DNA from: a virus
Direction: 5' to 3' (one strand)
UHGV virus genome: UHGV-1464116
Length of the DNA: 22,575 nt
The position numbers and the translations under genes were made by a program. The notes under the pieces were generated by a model that was not told where the DNA came from, did not search any database, and saw only the letters and a program-made list of their open reading frames with translations. Shown here piece by piece: positions 1 through 9,576 of this stretch; the stretch's first letter is position 1, and the number at the start of each line of letters is the position of its first letter.

Positions 1-55
1 CCTGATTGCAAAATTCAAAGAAGCAGGCGGAACGGTCAGAGAGATTGAGGTATGA
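1..55 (+). CDS. C-terminal fragment of upstream gene (probable endolysin), 5' partial
   Basis: Open frame from window edge (..[17 protein letters not shown]) with stop TGA at 53-55 overlapping the Rz ATG at 52 (ATGA overlap); endolysin assignment is from lysis-cassette synteny only. Confidence 0.4.
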   Translation, partial: LIAKFKEAGGTVREIEV

Positions 56-489
56 GCAGAGTAACCGCGATTATCTCCGCTCTGGTTATCTGCATCATCG
101 TCTGCCTGTTATGGGCTGTTAATCATTACCGTGATAACGCCATCGCCTACAAAGAACAGCGCGATAAGGCCGCATCCATCATCGCTGACATGCAGAAGCG
201 TCAACGTGACGTAGCAGAACTCGACGCCAGATATACAAAGGAGCTTGCTGATGCTAACGCGACTATCGAAAGCCTCCGTGCTGATGTTTCTGCTGGGCGT
301 AAGCGCCTGCAAGTCGCCGCCACCTGTGCAAAGTCAACGACCGGAGCCAGCAGCATGGGCGATGGAGAAAGCCCAAGACTTACAGCAGATGCTGAACTCA
401 ATTATTACCGTCTCCGAAGTGGAATCGACAGGATAACCGCGCAGGTTAACTACTTGCAGGAGTACATTAGGACGCAGTGCTTAAAATAA
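52..489 (+). CDS. Rz: Rz-like i-spanin (inner-membrane spanin subunit)
   Basis: 145 aa; N-terminal TM helix ([20 protein letters not shown]) followed by charged coiled-coil-like region; contains an embedded +1 frame lipoprotein ORF (Rz1), the classic Rz/Rz1 architecture. Confidence 0.85.
   Translation: MSRVTAIISALVICIIVCLLWAVNHYRDNAIAYKEQRDKAASIIADMQKRQRDVAELDARYTKELADANATIESLRADVSAGRKRLQVAATCAKSTTGASSMGDGESPRLTADAELNYYRLRSGIDRITAQVNYLQEYIRTQCLK
251..436 (+). CDS. Rz1: Rz1-like o-spanin (outer-membrane lipoprotein), embedded in Rz in the +1 frame
   Basis: Track ORF 245..436 (TTG); preferred start ATG 251 with AAGGAG 7 nt upstream; lipobox-like VSAC followed by Pro-rich [13 protein letters not shown]; fully nested inside Rz. 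Confidence 0.75.
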   Translation: MLTRLSKASVLMFLLGVSACKSPPPVQSQRPEPAAWAMEKAQDLQQMLNSIITVSEVESTG

Positions 490-531
490 TTTTAATTTCA
501 CTGAAATTTAACAAGTGACTTTCAGGAAAAT

Positions 532-556
532 GCCTCGCAGATGCGGGGCGTTTTTG
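532..556 (+). terminator. Putative intrinsic terminator downstream of lysis cassette
   Basis: Hairpin GCCTCGC-AGAT-GCGGGGC (one G-U wobble) followed by GTTTTTGT. Confidence 0.45.
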
Positions 557-707
557 TATAGGTATTTCACCGCGCACCGCAGCGCACAATAACCACCGAA
601 CCTGACCCTTTGGAATGGGCCTTTGAGGATACCAGTTAGTGCTGGCGAGCCTCGGTGGGCTGGTTTCCTGTGCGGCAAAGGTTCATTTCGAAGTAGCAGG
701 TAACGCC

Positions 708-1244
708 ATGAATGAATTAATTGTGAATCATGACTTTGACTTTCGCCAGTTAGTTACCGCAGCAGAAGGTCAACCGGTAACTGACACCTTCCAGATCGCA
801 AAGGCATTTGGTAAGCGTCATGCGGACGTATTGAGGGCGCTGAAAAATTGTCATTGCTCTGAAGATTTCCGGAGAGCGCATTTTTGCGTTGCCGAAAAAA
901 TCAATGAGTTAGGGATTTTCGACAAGAAACAGATTTACTACCGCATGGACTTTAGTGGCTTCGTTATGCTGGTCATGGGATTTAATGGCGCAAAAGCCGA
1001 CGCTGTTAAAGAGGCCTATATAAATGCCTTTAACTGGATGTCAGCAGAACTCCGTAAGTACAGCGAAAGTTATGAAGCAGAACGCAACGCCATAATGCTG
1101 GAGTATATGAAAGAGAAGGATGTCGCCAGTATGTCTGGCCGCCTGCTCAATCGCTGGGGAAAAATTAAGAAGCCTCAGCTACTGGCGAGAATTGAACGCC
1201 TTGAACAGCACGGGCAAACCGTAATCCCCGGGCTCACTAATTAA
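708..1244 (+). CDS. rha: Rha-family phage regulatory protein
   Basis: Track ORF 639..1244 starts at GTG; ATG at 708 (MNELIVNHDFDF...) preferred. N-terminal motif ...TDTFQIAKAFGKRHADVLRALKN... resembles the Phage_pRha domain as I recall it. Confidence 0.7.
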   Translation: MNELIVNHDFDFRQLVTAAEGQPVTDTFQIAKAFGKRHADVLRALKNCHCSEDFRRAHFCVAEKINELGIFDKKQIYYRMDFSGFVMLVMGFNGAKADAVKEAYINAFNWMSAELRKYSESYEAERNAIMLEYMKEKDVASMSGRLLNRWGKIKKPQLLARIERLEQHGQTVIPGLTN

Positions 1245-1735
1245 CGGCAGTACCGCGAAGCAACCCAAGCCAGTAAGTGGGGAAATAACACTGGCAGCCA
1301 CTGAAAGATGAACCTCCTGCCTGATGGCAAAAAAGATTCTTTGTGGTGGCGGACTGATGGAAAGACATCGGTTATTGCAGAGGCCATTCAATGAGTGGTC
1401 TCGACAATGGCTTATACCCTACACGGGATAACTTAACTGATATCCCCACAAGCGGATAAAGAGGCTCTCAATGTCCGACATCTACATCATCAAACTGAAT
1501 ACGAACGACGGCGGCGAGTAAACGGGCAAGATGCCACGACGTCAGCCTGAGCTGGTTAATGGCTTTGTGCCGCTGGCGACCTAGACGGGAGGGGGCGTAC
1601 TTCGCTCCTGCTGATGTCAAGTGCGTGTAGTTCACGCCAATATCGGTAGGTGACGATAGAACTGTGGAATAGACATGGCATTATCCTGGACGTGTAAATG
1701 TTCAATCGGAAATGCCATGCTGGTCAGTTGGTTGC

Positions 1736-1954
1736 TTAGACCTTCTTATAAGAGATAGATCTTCCGAATGGTGGATATATAGAAGTTGAATCTTTAATTT
1801 CATAAGTGGCCACTACATTTCCCGCAGCGTCCAACTCACGGTAAAGGTATTCATCGGTATCCTGACCTTTTCGAGCTCCTTTCCAGTTAGAAGAGACAAG
1901 CTCCAGTGTATGGTCATCTGGAATGCCGATTTTCTGTTTGTATTCATCACTCAT
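1736..1954 (-). CDS. Hypothetical 72-aa protein on opposite strand (candidate moron)
   Basis: ORF MSDEYKQKIGIPDD...; AAGGA 6 nt upstream of its ATG; AT-richer than flanks; divergent from the small terminase gene with only 22 bp between start codons; no family recognised. Confidence 0.5.
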   Translation of the reverse strand: MSDEYKQKIGIPDDHTLELVSSNWKGARKGQDTDEYLYRELDAAGNVVATYEIKDSTSIYPPFGRSISYKKV

Positions 1955-1976
1955 GTGAAATCCTTAAAGGTAATTT

Positions 1977-2528
1977 ATGGCACTCACCGACAAGCAAGAA
2001 ATGTTCTGTCGCGAGTACCTCATCGATTTAAACGCCACGCAAGCGGCTATTCGGGCGGGGTACAGCGCAAAGACAGCTAACCGTACCGCATCCGAAAACC
2101 TGTCAAAACCTGACATCAAGTTAAGAATCGCCGAACTGAAAGCGCAACGCAATGATCTTGTTGGTATTAATGCAGAATATGTACTTAATCGCCTTATTGA
2201 AATCGACCAGATGGATGTGCTTGACATTCTCCTGCAAAACGGTGAGCTAAAACCCATCAAAGACTGGCCTAAGGTATGGCGCACAACGCTATCAGGAATG
2301 GATGTCGTGGAGATGGTATCTGCAGATAGCGCCGCACTTCTGAAGAAAATCAAATGGCCTGATAAGGTTAAAAATCTTGAATTGCTTGGGCGTCATGTTT
2401 CTGTTCAGGCGTTTAAAGACAACGTCAAAAATGAAGTTACTGGCGCTGATGGAGGACCAGTCATAACAGAAATTACCAACTTAACGCCGGAGCAGGCTGC
2501 AGAGGCGTATAGAAAAATGATGGGCTAA
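1977..2528 (+). CDS. Terminase small subunit
   Basis: N-terminal motif [25 protein letters not shown] typical of Terminase_2-type small subunits; immediately precedes the large terminase. Confidence 0.85.
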   Translation: MALTDKQEMFCREYLIDLNATQAAIRAGYSAKTANRTASENLSKPDIKLRIAELKAQRNDLVGINAEYVLNRLIEIDQMDVLDILLQNGELKPIKDWPKVWRTTLSGMDVVEMVSADSAALLKKIKWPDKVKNLELLGRHVSVQAFKDNVKNEVTGADGGPVITEITNLTPEQAAEAYRKMMG

Positions 2529-2530
2529 GT

Positions 2531-4153
2531 ATGCCGTTACCATTTCCCTTCGATTTTAAACATCCTGATTACCAGATGGTTTTTGAATGGCGGATGGAAC
2601 GCCTACAGCGCATTCGCCAGAATCCTGAAATATTGCCTGCACTAAAACAGTTTTACCGAACCAATCCGGCTCAGTTCATCATCGACTGGGGCATGACAAC
2701 GGACCCGCGTAATATTGATTATGGCCTGCCGGTGACCATTCCGTTTTTACTCTTCCCTAAGCAGGAGGAGTGGATCCACTGGATTATGGAACGCTGGAGC
2801 AATCGGGAGAATGGTATTACCGAAAAATCCCGTGAAATGGGACTTAGTTGGACCGCGATCGGACTGGCCTGCTCGCTTTGTCTCTTCAACAAAGAAATGG
2901 TTATCGGTTTCGGCTCCCGTAAAGAGGAATACGTCGACAGCACCGGTGACCCGAAAGCATTGTTCTGGAAGGCGCGCAAGTTCGTGGAAACACTACCTGT
3001 AGAGTTTCGTGGTTCGTGGGACGAGAAGAAGCATGCGCCGTATATGCGCGTTGAGTTTCCAGATACTGGCGCGGTTATCAAAGGCGAGGCTGGCGACAAT
3101 ATCGGACGTGGTGACCGTACCACGCTCTACCTGGTGGATGAAGCTGCATTCCTCCAGCGTCCTCTGTTGATTGATGCGGCGCTGTCGCAAACCACCCGTT
3201 GCCGTATTGACCTGAGCTCGGTTAATGGCATGGCGAACCCGTTCGCGCAGAAGCGCCACGGCGGAAAAATACCAGTATTCACGTTCCACTGGCGAGATGA
3301 CCCGCGCAAGGATGAAGAGTGGTATCGCAGGGAGTGCGAGAAAATCGACAATCCGGTGGTGGTGGCGCAGGAACTTGACCTGAACTACAGCGCATCTGCG
3401 GAAGGCGTCCTGATCCCGTCCGACTGGGTACAGGCTGCCGTCGACGCGCATATCAAACTTGGTATTCAGCCAACGGGCAAGCGACTGGGCGCGATGGACG
3501 TCGCCGACGAAGGCCGGGACAAAAATGCCTTTTCGACCCGTCACGGCTTCCTTCTGGAGAACGTGCGTGAATGGTCCGGCGTTGGCAGCGACATTTACCA
3601 GTCTGTTGAGAAGGTCTTCGGCTTTTGCGAACAGGACAACCTCGAAGAGTTTCGCTTCGACGAGGACGGTCTGGGTGCTGGCGTTCGCGGCGATGCGCGC
3701 GCCATCAACGAACTGCGTAACGCTGCGCGACGACCGTCAATACTCGCCACACCGTTTCGTGGTAGCGGCGCGGTATTTGATCCGGACGATGAAGCGGTGC
3801 GCGGGGACAACGGACAGGCCGCACGCCTGAACAAGGACTTCTTCGCCAACGCCAAGGCCCAAAGCTGGTGGTGGCTACGCAAGCTTTTCCAGAACACCTA
3901 TCGCGCCGTGGTTGAGGGCATGGCCTACAACCCGGACGAAATCATCTCAATCAGCAGCGCCATGGCGAGCAAAGACAAACTCATCATTGAGCTGTCGCAG
4001 CCGACCTACTCCATTAATGGCGTGGGGAAAATCGTTGTTGATAAACAGCCTGATGGCACCAAGTCGCCGAACCTCGCCGACTCGGTGATGATCAGCTACG
4101 CGCCAATGAATTCAGCCCTGAACATCTGGGAGCTGCTAGGGAGACAGGCCTGA
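2531..4153 (+). CDS. Terminase large subunit
   Basis: 540-aa ORF directly after the small subunit and before the portal; size and position typical of a large terminase; no motif verification possible here. Confidence 0.8.
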   Translation: MPLPFPFDFKHPDYQMVFEWRMERLQRIRQNPEILPALKQFYRTNPAQFIIDWGMTTDPRNIDYGLPVTIPFLLFPKQEEWIHWIMERWSNRENGITEKSREMGLSWTAIGLACSLCLFNKEMVIGFGSRKEEYVDSTGDPKALFWKARKFVETLPVEFRGSWDEKKHAPYMRVEFPDTGAVIKGEAGDNIGRGDRTTLYLVDEAAFLQRPLLIDAALSQTTRCRIDLSSVNGMANPFAQKRHGGKIPVFTFHWRDDPRKDEEWYRRECEKIDNPVVVAQELDLNYSASAEGVLIPSDWVQAAVDAHIKLGIQPTGKRLGAMDVADEGRDKNAFSTRHGFLLENVREWSGVGSDIYQSVEKVFGFCEQDNLEEFRFDEDGLGAGVRGDARAINELRNAARRPSILATPFRGSGAVFDPDDEAVRGDNGQAARLNKDFFANAKAQSWWWLRKLFQNTYRAVVEGMAYNPDEIISISSAMASKDKLIIELSQPTYSINGVGKIVVDKQPDGTKSPNLADSVMISYAPMNSALNIWELLGRQA

Positions 4154-5622
4154 TGGCACGAAACAAGCAATCCTCTCAGCGAACGGCACAGGCCACCGCT
4201 GACGGCTACGAGAACTTCGTCGCCCGCGTTGGGATGCAGACGCCTAACCAGCATTCAGCATCGACCTACCGGGCGAACTTCACCAGCCGCAACCGCATGC
4301 TGGTGGAATGGTCATATCGCGGTTCGTGGGTTATCGGTGAAGCGGTCGACGCTATCCCGGACGATATGACCCGAAAGGGCATTCGCATCACTTCGGAGAT
4401 TGACGCCAAAGACCGTGGCACCCTCGAAGCGCAACTGGATGAGTTGCAGATCTGGGATGCGCTGAACGACGTGCTGAAATGGTCGCGCCTCTACGGCGGC
4501 GCGGTCGGCTTCATCATGATCGAGGGGCAAGCACCAATGACCCCGCTGCGACTCGAAACCATTGGCGAGGGCAAGTTTAAGGGCATTCTCCCGCTCGACC
4601 GCTGGATGATTAACCCGGTGCTGACACGCCGCATTAAAGAGATGGGGCCGGACCTCGGCAAGCCTGAGTTTTACGACGTGGTGACCACCGCAACGGGCAT
4701 TCCGGCCTGGCGCATCCATCACAGCCGCCTGATCCGCTTTGATGGCGTCACGCTGCCATTCCAGCAGAAGATGACCGAAAACGAATGGGGAATGTCGGTT
4801 GTAGAGCGTATCTGGGATCGGCTTACTGCGTTCGATAGCGCTACTGTCGGCGCGGCGCAGCTGGTCTATAAAGCGCATCTGCGTACCTATAGCGTGGAGA
4901 AGTTGCGCGAGCTTATCGCGCTTGGAGGCCCGGCGTTCGAAGCGTTGCTGAAGAACATCGACCTGATCCGCCAGTTCCAGAGCAATGAAGGTATGACGCT
5001 CATGGACTCGCGGGATAAGTTCGAAACCCACCAGTACAGCTTTAGTGGTCTGGATGACATTCTTTCGCAGTTTGCTGAGCAGATCAGCGGTGCCGTTGGT
5101 ATCCCGCTGGTACGCCTGTTCGGTCAATCCCCGAAAGGCTTCTCTACTGGTGATGCAGACCTCGCCAACTATTACGACCGGGTGAGCTCATTGCAGGAGC
5201 GCCGCTTACGGCTGCCGATGCGCCGGATACTGGACATTATGCACCGCTCGGAACTCGGAAAGCCGCTGCCGGACGATTTCACGTTTGAGTTTAACCCGCT
5301 ATGGCAAATGTCAGACGTTGACCGATCAACGGTGGCCGTAAACACCACCAACGCGATCAGTACCGCGCTGGGCGACGGATTGATGACGCGTAAGGCGGCG
5401 ATGACCGACCTGCGCGAAAACTCTGACGTCACCGGCATCGGGGCATCCATTACCGACGAGGATATCGAGAATGCCGAAGACGAAGCGCCGCCAGGCATCG
5501 GCGAACTTGGCGACAACCCGCCAGAGCCGCCAGGCGGAGATCCGATATCGAACGAGCCTACGGCAGATAGCGCGGGCGGTCGGGGATATCGTAAATGGTC
5601 GCTACGATGGTTCAAACGATAG
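4153..5622 (+). CDS. Portal protein
   Basis: 489 aa; ATGA overlap with terminase stop; acidic Pro-rich C-terminal tail; position between terminase and Mu-F-like gene. Confidence 0.8.
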   Translation: MARNKQSSQRTAQATADGYENFVARVGMQTPNQHSASTYRANFTSRNRMLVEWSYRGSWVIGEAVDAIPDDMTRKGIRITSEIDAKDRGTLEAQLDELQIWDALNDVLKWSRLYGGAVGFIMIEGQAPMTPLRLETIGEGKFKGILPLDRWMINPVLTRRIKEMGPDLGKPEFYDVVTTATGIPAWRIHHSRLIRFDGVTLPFQQKMTENEWGMSVVERIWDRLTAFDSATVGAAQLVYKAHLRTYSVEKLRELIALGGPAFEALLKNIDLIRQFQSNEGMTLMDSRDKFETHQYSFSGLDDILSQFAEQISGAVGIPLVRLFGQSPKGFSTGDADLANYYDRVSSLQERRLRLPMRRILDIMHRSELGKPLPDDFTFEFNPLWQMSDVDRSTVAVNTTNAISTALGDGLMTRKAAMTDLRENSDVTGIGASITDEDIENAEDEAPPGIGELGDNPPEPPGGDPISNEPTADSAGGRGYRKWSLRWFKR

Positions 5623-6244
5623 CATCACCGAAATAATGGATGCGCTGGAGCGCTACAGCGAAATCATCACCCCCTGGGCGACGAAGGTTGCTGAGAACTT
5701 TACCGCCGACATTGCGCGCCAGAATGAAAAGCAGTGGCGTCAGCACAGCCGGAACATCAGTGCAGAGCTGCGCAACATGGTTGACCGCGCCCCGGTAGGC
5801 CAGGTGATGAAATCCATCGTTGCCGAGCAGATTAAGTACATCAAATCGCTACCTCTTGAGGCCGCCGATCGGGTGTATGACATTCAGAACAAAGCCATCG
5901 AGGCCGTTGTGACTGGTGGCCGCGCTGAGCCATTCGCGAAAGAGATAGCTGCGTCCGGTGACGTGTCACGCTCACGAGCGAACCTTATCGCCCGTACCGA
6001 GCTTGGACGCGCAACCGGCGCGCTCGATCAGGCGCGTGCGCTGTCAATCGGCTCGAATGGTTATATCTGGCGTACAGCCGAAGATGGCGACGTCCGGCAT
6101 TCTCATCGGGAGATGGAAGGTAAGTTTGTCGAATGGGGCCGACCTCCAACGCTTGACGGTATGACCGGTCACGCTGGTGAGCTGCCGAACTGCCGCTGTT
6201 ACAAAGAAATCGTCTTCCCCAACCCTCATTCTTATCTCGCCTGA
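5471..6244 (+). CDS. Head morphogenesis protein (Phage Mu F / SPP1 gp7-like)
   Basis: C-terminal motif ...WRTAEDGDVRHSHREMEGKFVEWGRPP...HAGELPNCRCY characteristic of the Mu F-like domain; start uncertain (ATG 5471 overlaps the portal by ~150 nt; alternative ATG at 5636 after the portal stop). Confidence 0.7.
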   Translation: MPKTKRRQASANLATTRQSRQAEIRYRTSLRQIARAVGDIVNGRYDGSNDSITEIMDALERYSEIITPWATKVAENFTADIARQNEKQWRQHSRNISAELRNMVDRAPVGQVMKSIVAEQIKYIKSLPLEAADRVYDIQNKAIEAVVTGGRAEPFAKEIAASGDVSRSRANLIARTELGRATGALDQARALSIGSNGYIWRTAEDGDVRHSHREMEGKFVEWGRPPTLDGMTGHAGELPNCRCYKEIVFPNPHSYLA

Positions 6245-6258
6245 ATCGCAGGTAAACC

Positions 6259-7479
6259 ATGAAATATTTTTTCAATACCCGGCTGGGGGAAACCCGCTAT
6301 CAGCTGGCTGACGGCTCGCTGCTGTGCAAAGACGTGCCGATAGGTCGAACGGGTAAGCAGCTCTACGGCGCTGCCGAACTGCCAAACCTCAAACCCGACA
6401 AGCTCGGTGAGATAGTCGTAACGCGTTCTCCTGAGCAGGTATTCCATCCGGCCACGCTCGCCTCATTCGAAGGGATGAGCATCACGATCCTGCATCCTGA
6501 AGATGAAAACGGGAATGTGCGGCTGGTAAATCCCGAGAACTGGAAAGAGCTTGCTGTCGGGCATCTTCAGAATGTGCGGCGCGGGACTGGTGACCAGTCT
6601 GATTTGATGCTGGCTGACCTTATCGTCAAAGACGAAAGCGCTATTCAGCTTATCGAAGATGGCCTGCGCGAAGTGTCGTGTGGCTATGACGCGGAATATA
6701 AACAGGCTGAGTCGGGTAAGGCTCAGCAGGTCGATATTACCGGAAACCATGTGGCTCTTGTCCCTAAAGGCAGAGCCGGAAATCGTTGTGCAATTGGAGA
6801 CAGAGACACAATGGCAAATCAAAAGAAAAGCTGGTGGACCCGCATGCGCACGGCCATCAAAACGGGTGACGCTGACACCATGAACGAACTGGTGGAGTCG
6901 GCTCCCGCATCGGTTACAGGAGATGAGGGGGATTTGCCGCAGGGCGTTAATCTCAACATCAACCTGTCCCCGCAGCAACCACTACCGGACAAAGCACCAG
7001 AGATGGGTGGAGGTCCAACCGGCGACAGTGATGATAACCTCAAAACATTACTCAAAGCCCTGCTGGCTAAGCTGGAAGGAAATGCGACGGGCGATAACGA
7101 CAATAAGCCTGACGATAATCCGACCGGTGACGGCGAGGACGATGAAGAGGAAACCACGATTACTGGTGACTCAGCCTGGCGTGCCGAGGTTATCGTTCCG
7201 GGTATCGATCTGAGCCGTAAGGTGAAACCGACCGCGTTCAAACGTGATGTGCTGTCCGCCGCTGACAAAACACTGGTTCGCCAGGTTGTCGGTGATGCGG
7301 ATATACGCAAATTGCCCAAGCAATCGGTCGATATGGCGTTTAACGCCGTGTCTGAGATTGCCAAAGGGCGAAACACCCGCAGCACCACGGGCGATGCACA
7401 ACGTCCAAATATGGGCATGACCAGCATCGCTTCCCTGAACAAACAAAACGCCGACTTCTGGTCTAACCGCAAAGGATAA
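6259..7479 (+). CDS. Putative head scaffolding/maturation protein (DUF2213-like N-domain with acidic disordered linker)
   Basis: 406 aa; globular N-terminal ~190 aa, then a D/E/G/N-rich low-complexity segment (approx. nt 6871..7174), then a basic C-terminal region; positioned between head morphogenesis and capsid genes. Confidence 0.55.
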   Translation: MKYFFNTRLGETRYQLADGSLLCKDVPIGRTGKQLYGAAELPNLKPDKLGEIVVTRSPEQVFHPATLASFEGMSITILHPEDENGNVRLVNPENWKELAVGHLQNVRRGTGDQSDLMLADLIVKDESAIQLIEDGLREVSCGYDAEYKQAESGKAQQVDITGNHVALVPKGRAGNRCAIGDRDTMANQKKSWWTRMRTAIKTGDADTMNELVESAPASVTGDEGDLPQGVNLNINLSPQQPLPDKAPEMGGGPTGDSDDNLKTLLKALLAKLEGNATGDNDNKPDDNPTGDGEDDEEETTITGDSAWRAEVIVPGIDLSRKVKPTAFKRDVLSAADKTLVRQVVGDADIRKLPKQSVDMAFNAVSEIAKGRNTRSTTGDAQRPNMGMTSIASLNKQNADFWSNRKG

Positions 7480-7483
7480 TCCA

Positions 7484-7987
7484 ATGACTGCATATCTGTA
7501 CCGGATGCCTGTTGGCATTGCCGGGGCTATCTCTCGCCCGCAGGACTTAACCGTCGAACCGGTGATCCTTAAATCCGCTAACGCCTTCGCTGCCTATGGT
7601 CTGGCTGGCAAATATGACGCTGACGGCTTTTTCGTGCCGCTGGCGGACGGTGACACCGCCGACAAGGTGAAGGGGATCTACGTTCGTCCGTATCCGACCA
7701 CATCGCAGCCAGACATGATTCGCCAGGTGGGGACGGATAAGAACTTCCCGGGTGACGCCATGAAGCGTGGCTACATGACCGTTAATCTCGGTTCTGATTT
7801 TGATGCCAGCACCATCAAAAAAGGCGACCCGGTATACGTTGTCGTCTCCACTGATGAATCCATCAAAGTGCCGCTGGGCGGTTTCATGTCCACGTCCGTC
7901 AGTGGCAAAAACGTGGCGCTGACCAACGCCGAATTCACAGGGGCCGGTGACGCTAACGGCAATGCAGAAATTTCCTGGAAGATTTAA
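7484..7987 (+). CDS. Phage head structural protein (unassigned family)
   Basis: 167-aa ORF tightly packed between the scaffold-like gene and the probable major capsid gene. Confidence 0.5.
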   Translation: MTAYLYRMPVGIAGAISRPQDLTVEPVILKSANAFAAYGLAGKYDADGFFVPLADGDTADKVKGIYVRPYPTTSQPDMIRQVGTDKNFPGDAMKRGYMTVNLGSDFDASTIKKGDPVYVVVSTDESIKVPLGGFMSTSVSGKNVALTNAEFTGAGDANGNAEISWKI

Positions 7988-7998
7988 GGAACAGACGA

Positions 7999-8940
7999 AT
8001 GATTACTTTTGATCAGGCAACCGTTGACAGCTCTGGTGCCTTTCTCATCGGAGAGCTGGAGCGACTCGACCAGACTCTGAACCTGCCACTGGTGGGGTAC
8101 ACATGGACCCGCGATATTCAGTTGCGTGAAGATGTCTCTATCGCAGATGACATTTCCAGCTGGACGAATACCAGCTTCGCCGCTGCGGGTACTGGTGCAA
8201 ATCCGAATGGCAAAAACTGGGTAGGCAAAGACTCAACCGCTATTGCTGGCGTAAACGTGGATATCGGCAAATCCGGTAACCCGCTGAATCTCTGGGGCAT
8301 GGAACTGGGCTGGACCGTTGTAGAGCTGGCAGCAGCTCAGCAGGTAGGTCGCCCGATTGACACCCAGAAGTACGACGGGATGCAGCTCAAATGGCAGATG
8401 GACAACGACGAGCAGGTGTATGTTGGCGATTCCGCATTAAACCTGAAAGGCCTTGTTACCCTGAACGGTGTTCCTGTCAACAACGCTGCCAAAACGTGGG
8501 CAACCTCAACACCGGACGAAATCCGCGCAAGCATTAACCAGGTGCTGTCTGATGCGTGGGCCGCTTCCGGTTACTCTGTGGTTCCGCGTGATTTGCTGAT
8601 CCCGCCAGAGCAGTTTGCTCTGTTGTCCAGCATCATCGTTTCATCTGCGGGTAACCAGTCCCTGTTGACGTACCTTCAGACCAACACCATCAGCTATCAC
8701 CAGAACGGTGTTCCGCTGAATATCCGCGCGGTTAAATGGCTGAAAGGCCGTGGTGTGGGGAATAAGGATCGCATGGTTGCGTACACCAACGATAAAAAAT
8801 ACGTCCGCTATCCGCTGGTGCCGTTGCAGAGCGTTCCTATCCAGTATCGCGGTCTGTATCAGATTGCGACCTACTACGGCAAGCTGGGTGCGGTTGAGCC
8901 AGTGTACAAAGAAACCATTTCGTACGTTGATGGCATTTAA
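7999..8940 (+). CDS. Probable major capsid protein
   Basis: 313 aa; RBS-like AAGGAACAGACGA before ATG; followed by a stable stem-loop; position in head module. Confidence 0.6.
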   Translation: MITFDQATVDSSGAFLIGELERLDQTLNLPLVGYTWTRDIQLREDVSIADDISSWTNTSFAAAGTGANPNGKNWVGKDSTAIAGVNVDIGKSGNPLNLWGMELGWTVVELAAAQQVGRPIDTQKYDGMQLKWQMDNDEQVYVGDSALNLKGLVTLNGVPVNNAAKTWATSTPDEIRASINQVLSDAWAASGYSVVPRDLLIPPEQFALLSSIIVSSAGNQSLLTYLQTNTISYHQNGVPLNIRAVKWLKGRGVGNKDRMVAYTNDKKYVRYPLVPLQSVPIQYRGLYQIATYYGKLGAVEPVYKETISYVDGI

Positions 8941-8947
8941 CAGCCAC

Positions 8948-8968
8948 ATGGCCCCCTGGCGGGGCCAT
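8948..8968 (+). promoter_or_regulatory. GC-rich stem-loop immediately 3' of the capsid gene
   Basis: ATGGCCCC-CTGGC-GGGGCCAT, perfect 8-bp stem with 5-nt loop, no U-tract. Confidence 0.4.
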
Positions 8969-8981
8969 TAAGGATGACCCG

Positions 8982-9203
8982 ATGGCAAAAAATAATGCAG
9001 TAATACACGTATATACCCCGTTTGTGCTCACGCTTCCCGACGGTTCGCGGCGCGAGTTTGTTAAAGGCCGTCATGCAGTGGAGGAAGACGTTGCCACGCA
9101 CTGGTTCACTCGTGCGCACGCGGAAGTATCCGTTGGCAAAGCCACAGACGCGCGTAACGAGGTAAAAAATGCCAAAGAATCAAAGTCTGCCAGCGGTAAG
9201 TGA
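8982..9203 (+). CDS. Hypothetical small head-associated protein
   Basis: 73-aa ORF with AAGGA upstream; overlaps the next gene by 35 nt. Confidence 0.45.
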   Translation: MAKNNAVIHVYTPFVLTLPDGSRREFVKGRHAVEEDVATHWFTRAHAEVSVGKATDARNEVKNAKESKSASGK

Positions 9204-9576
9204 TTTTCGCCGCGACTTCCCGCAGTTTGCTGACCCTGCCAAATATCCCGAAGCGCAAATCCAGTTTCGTCTGAATCTGGCCGATGAACTGCTGAGCGAA
9301 AACGTCACCGGCAAAGATTTGTTTCCGTACTTTGCCGGGTTGTTCGTGGCTCACTACATGACGCTATGGGCGGCAGATAGTCGGGCAATGCTGGTTGGCG
9401 GCCCGGGCGGTTCAACCAATGGTGTTCAATCCTCCAAGTCTGTTGACAAGGTAAGCGTCAGCTATGACACCAGCGCGACGCTAAACCCTGACGCAGGCTT
9501 CTGGAATAACACCCGATATGGCGCTGAATTTTATCAGCTGATCACGATGTTCGGTGCGGGCGGTCGCCAGCTATGA
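9169..9576 (+). CDS. Putative head-tail connector/adaptor protein
   Basis: 135 aa; GAGGT 5 nt before ATG; position after the capsid gene. Confidence 0.55.
   Translation: MPKNQSLPAVSDFRRDFPQFADPAKYPEAQIQFRLNLADELLSENVTGKDLFPYFAGLFVAHYMTLWAADSRAMLVGGPGGSTNGVQSSKSVDKVSVSYDTSATLNPDAGFWNNTRYGAEFYQLITMFGAGGRQL

Noticed and set aside
1179-1391. Minus-strand ORF 1179..1391 (70 aa)
   Set aside because: Largely antisense to the 3' end of the Rha gene; Pro/Ser-rich shadow-frame composition.
1632-1718. 28-aa minus-strand ORF just downstream of the 72-aa gene
   Set aside because: No recognisable RBS and too short to assess; treated as non-coding.
1245-1735. tRNA or CRISPR features in the non-coding stretches
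   Set aside because: No T-loop (GGTTCGAATCC-like) or D-loop motifs and no regularly spaced direct repeats were seen by eye.
2719-3544. Minus-strand ORFs 2719..3123 and 2993..3544 inside the large terminase gene
   Set aside because: Antisense shadow ORFs within a well-supported + strand gene in GC-rich sequence; no RBS or protein-like features.
4312-5615. Minus-strand ORFs 4312..5127 (271 aa) and 5172..5615 inside the portal gene
   Set aside because: Fully antisense to the portal coding sequence; composition (Arg/Ala/Ser-rich) is typical of shadow frames.
6463-7518. Minus-strand ORFs 6463..6978, 6819..7493 and 7171..7518 across the scaffold-like gene
   Set aside because: Antisense to a coherent + strand gene; low-complexity Ser/Pro-rich translations.
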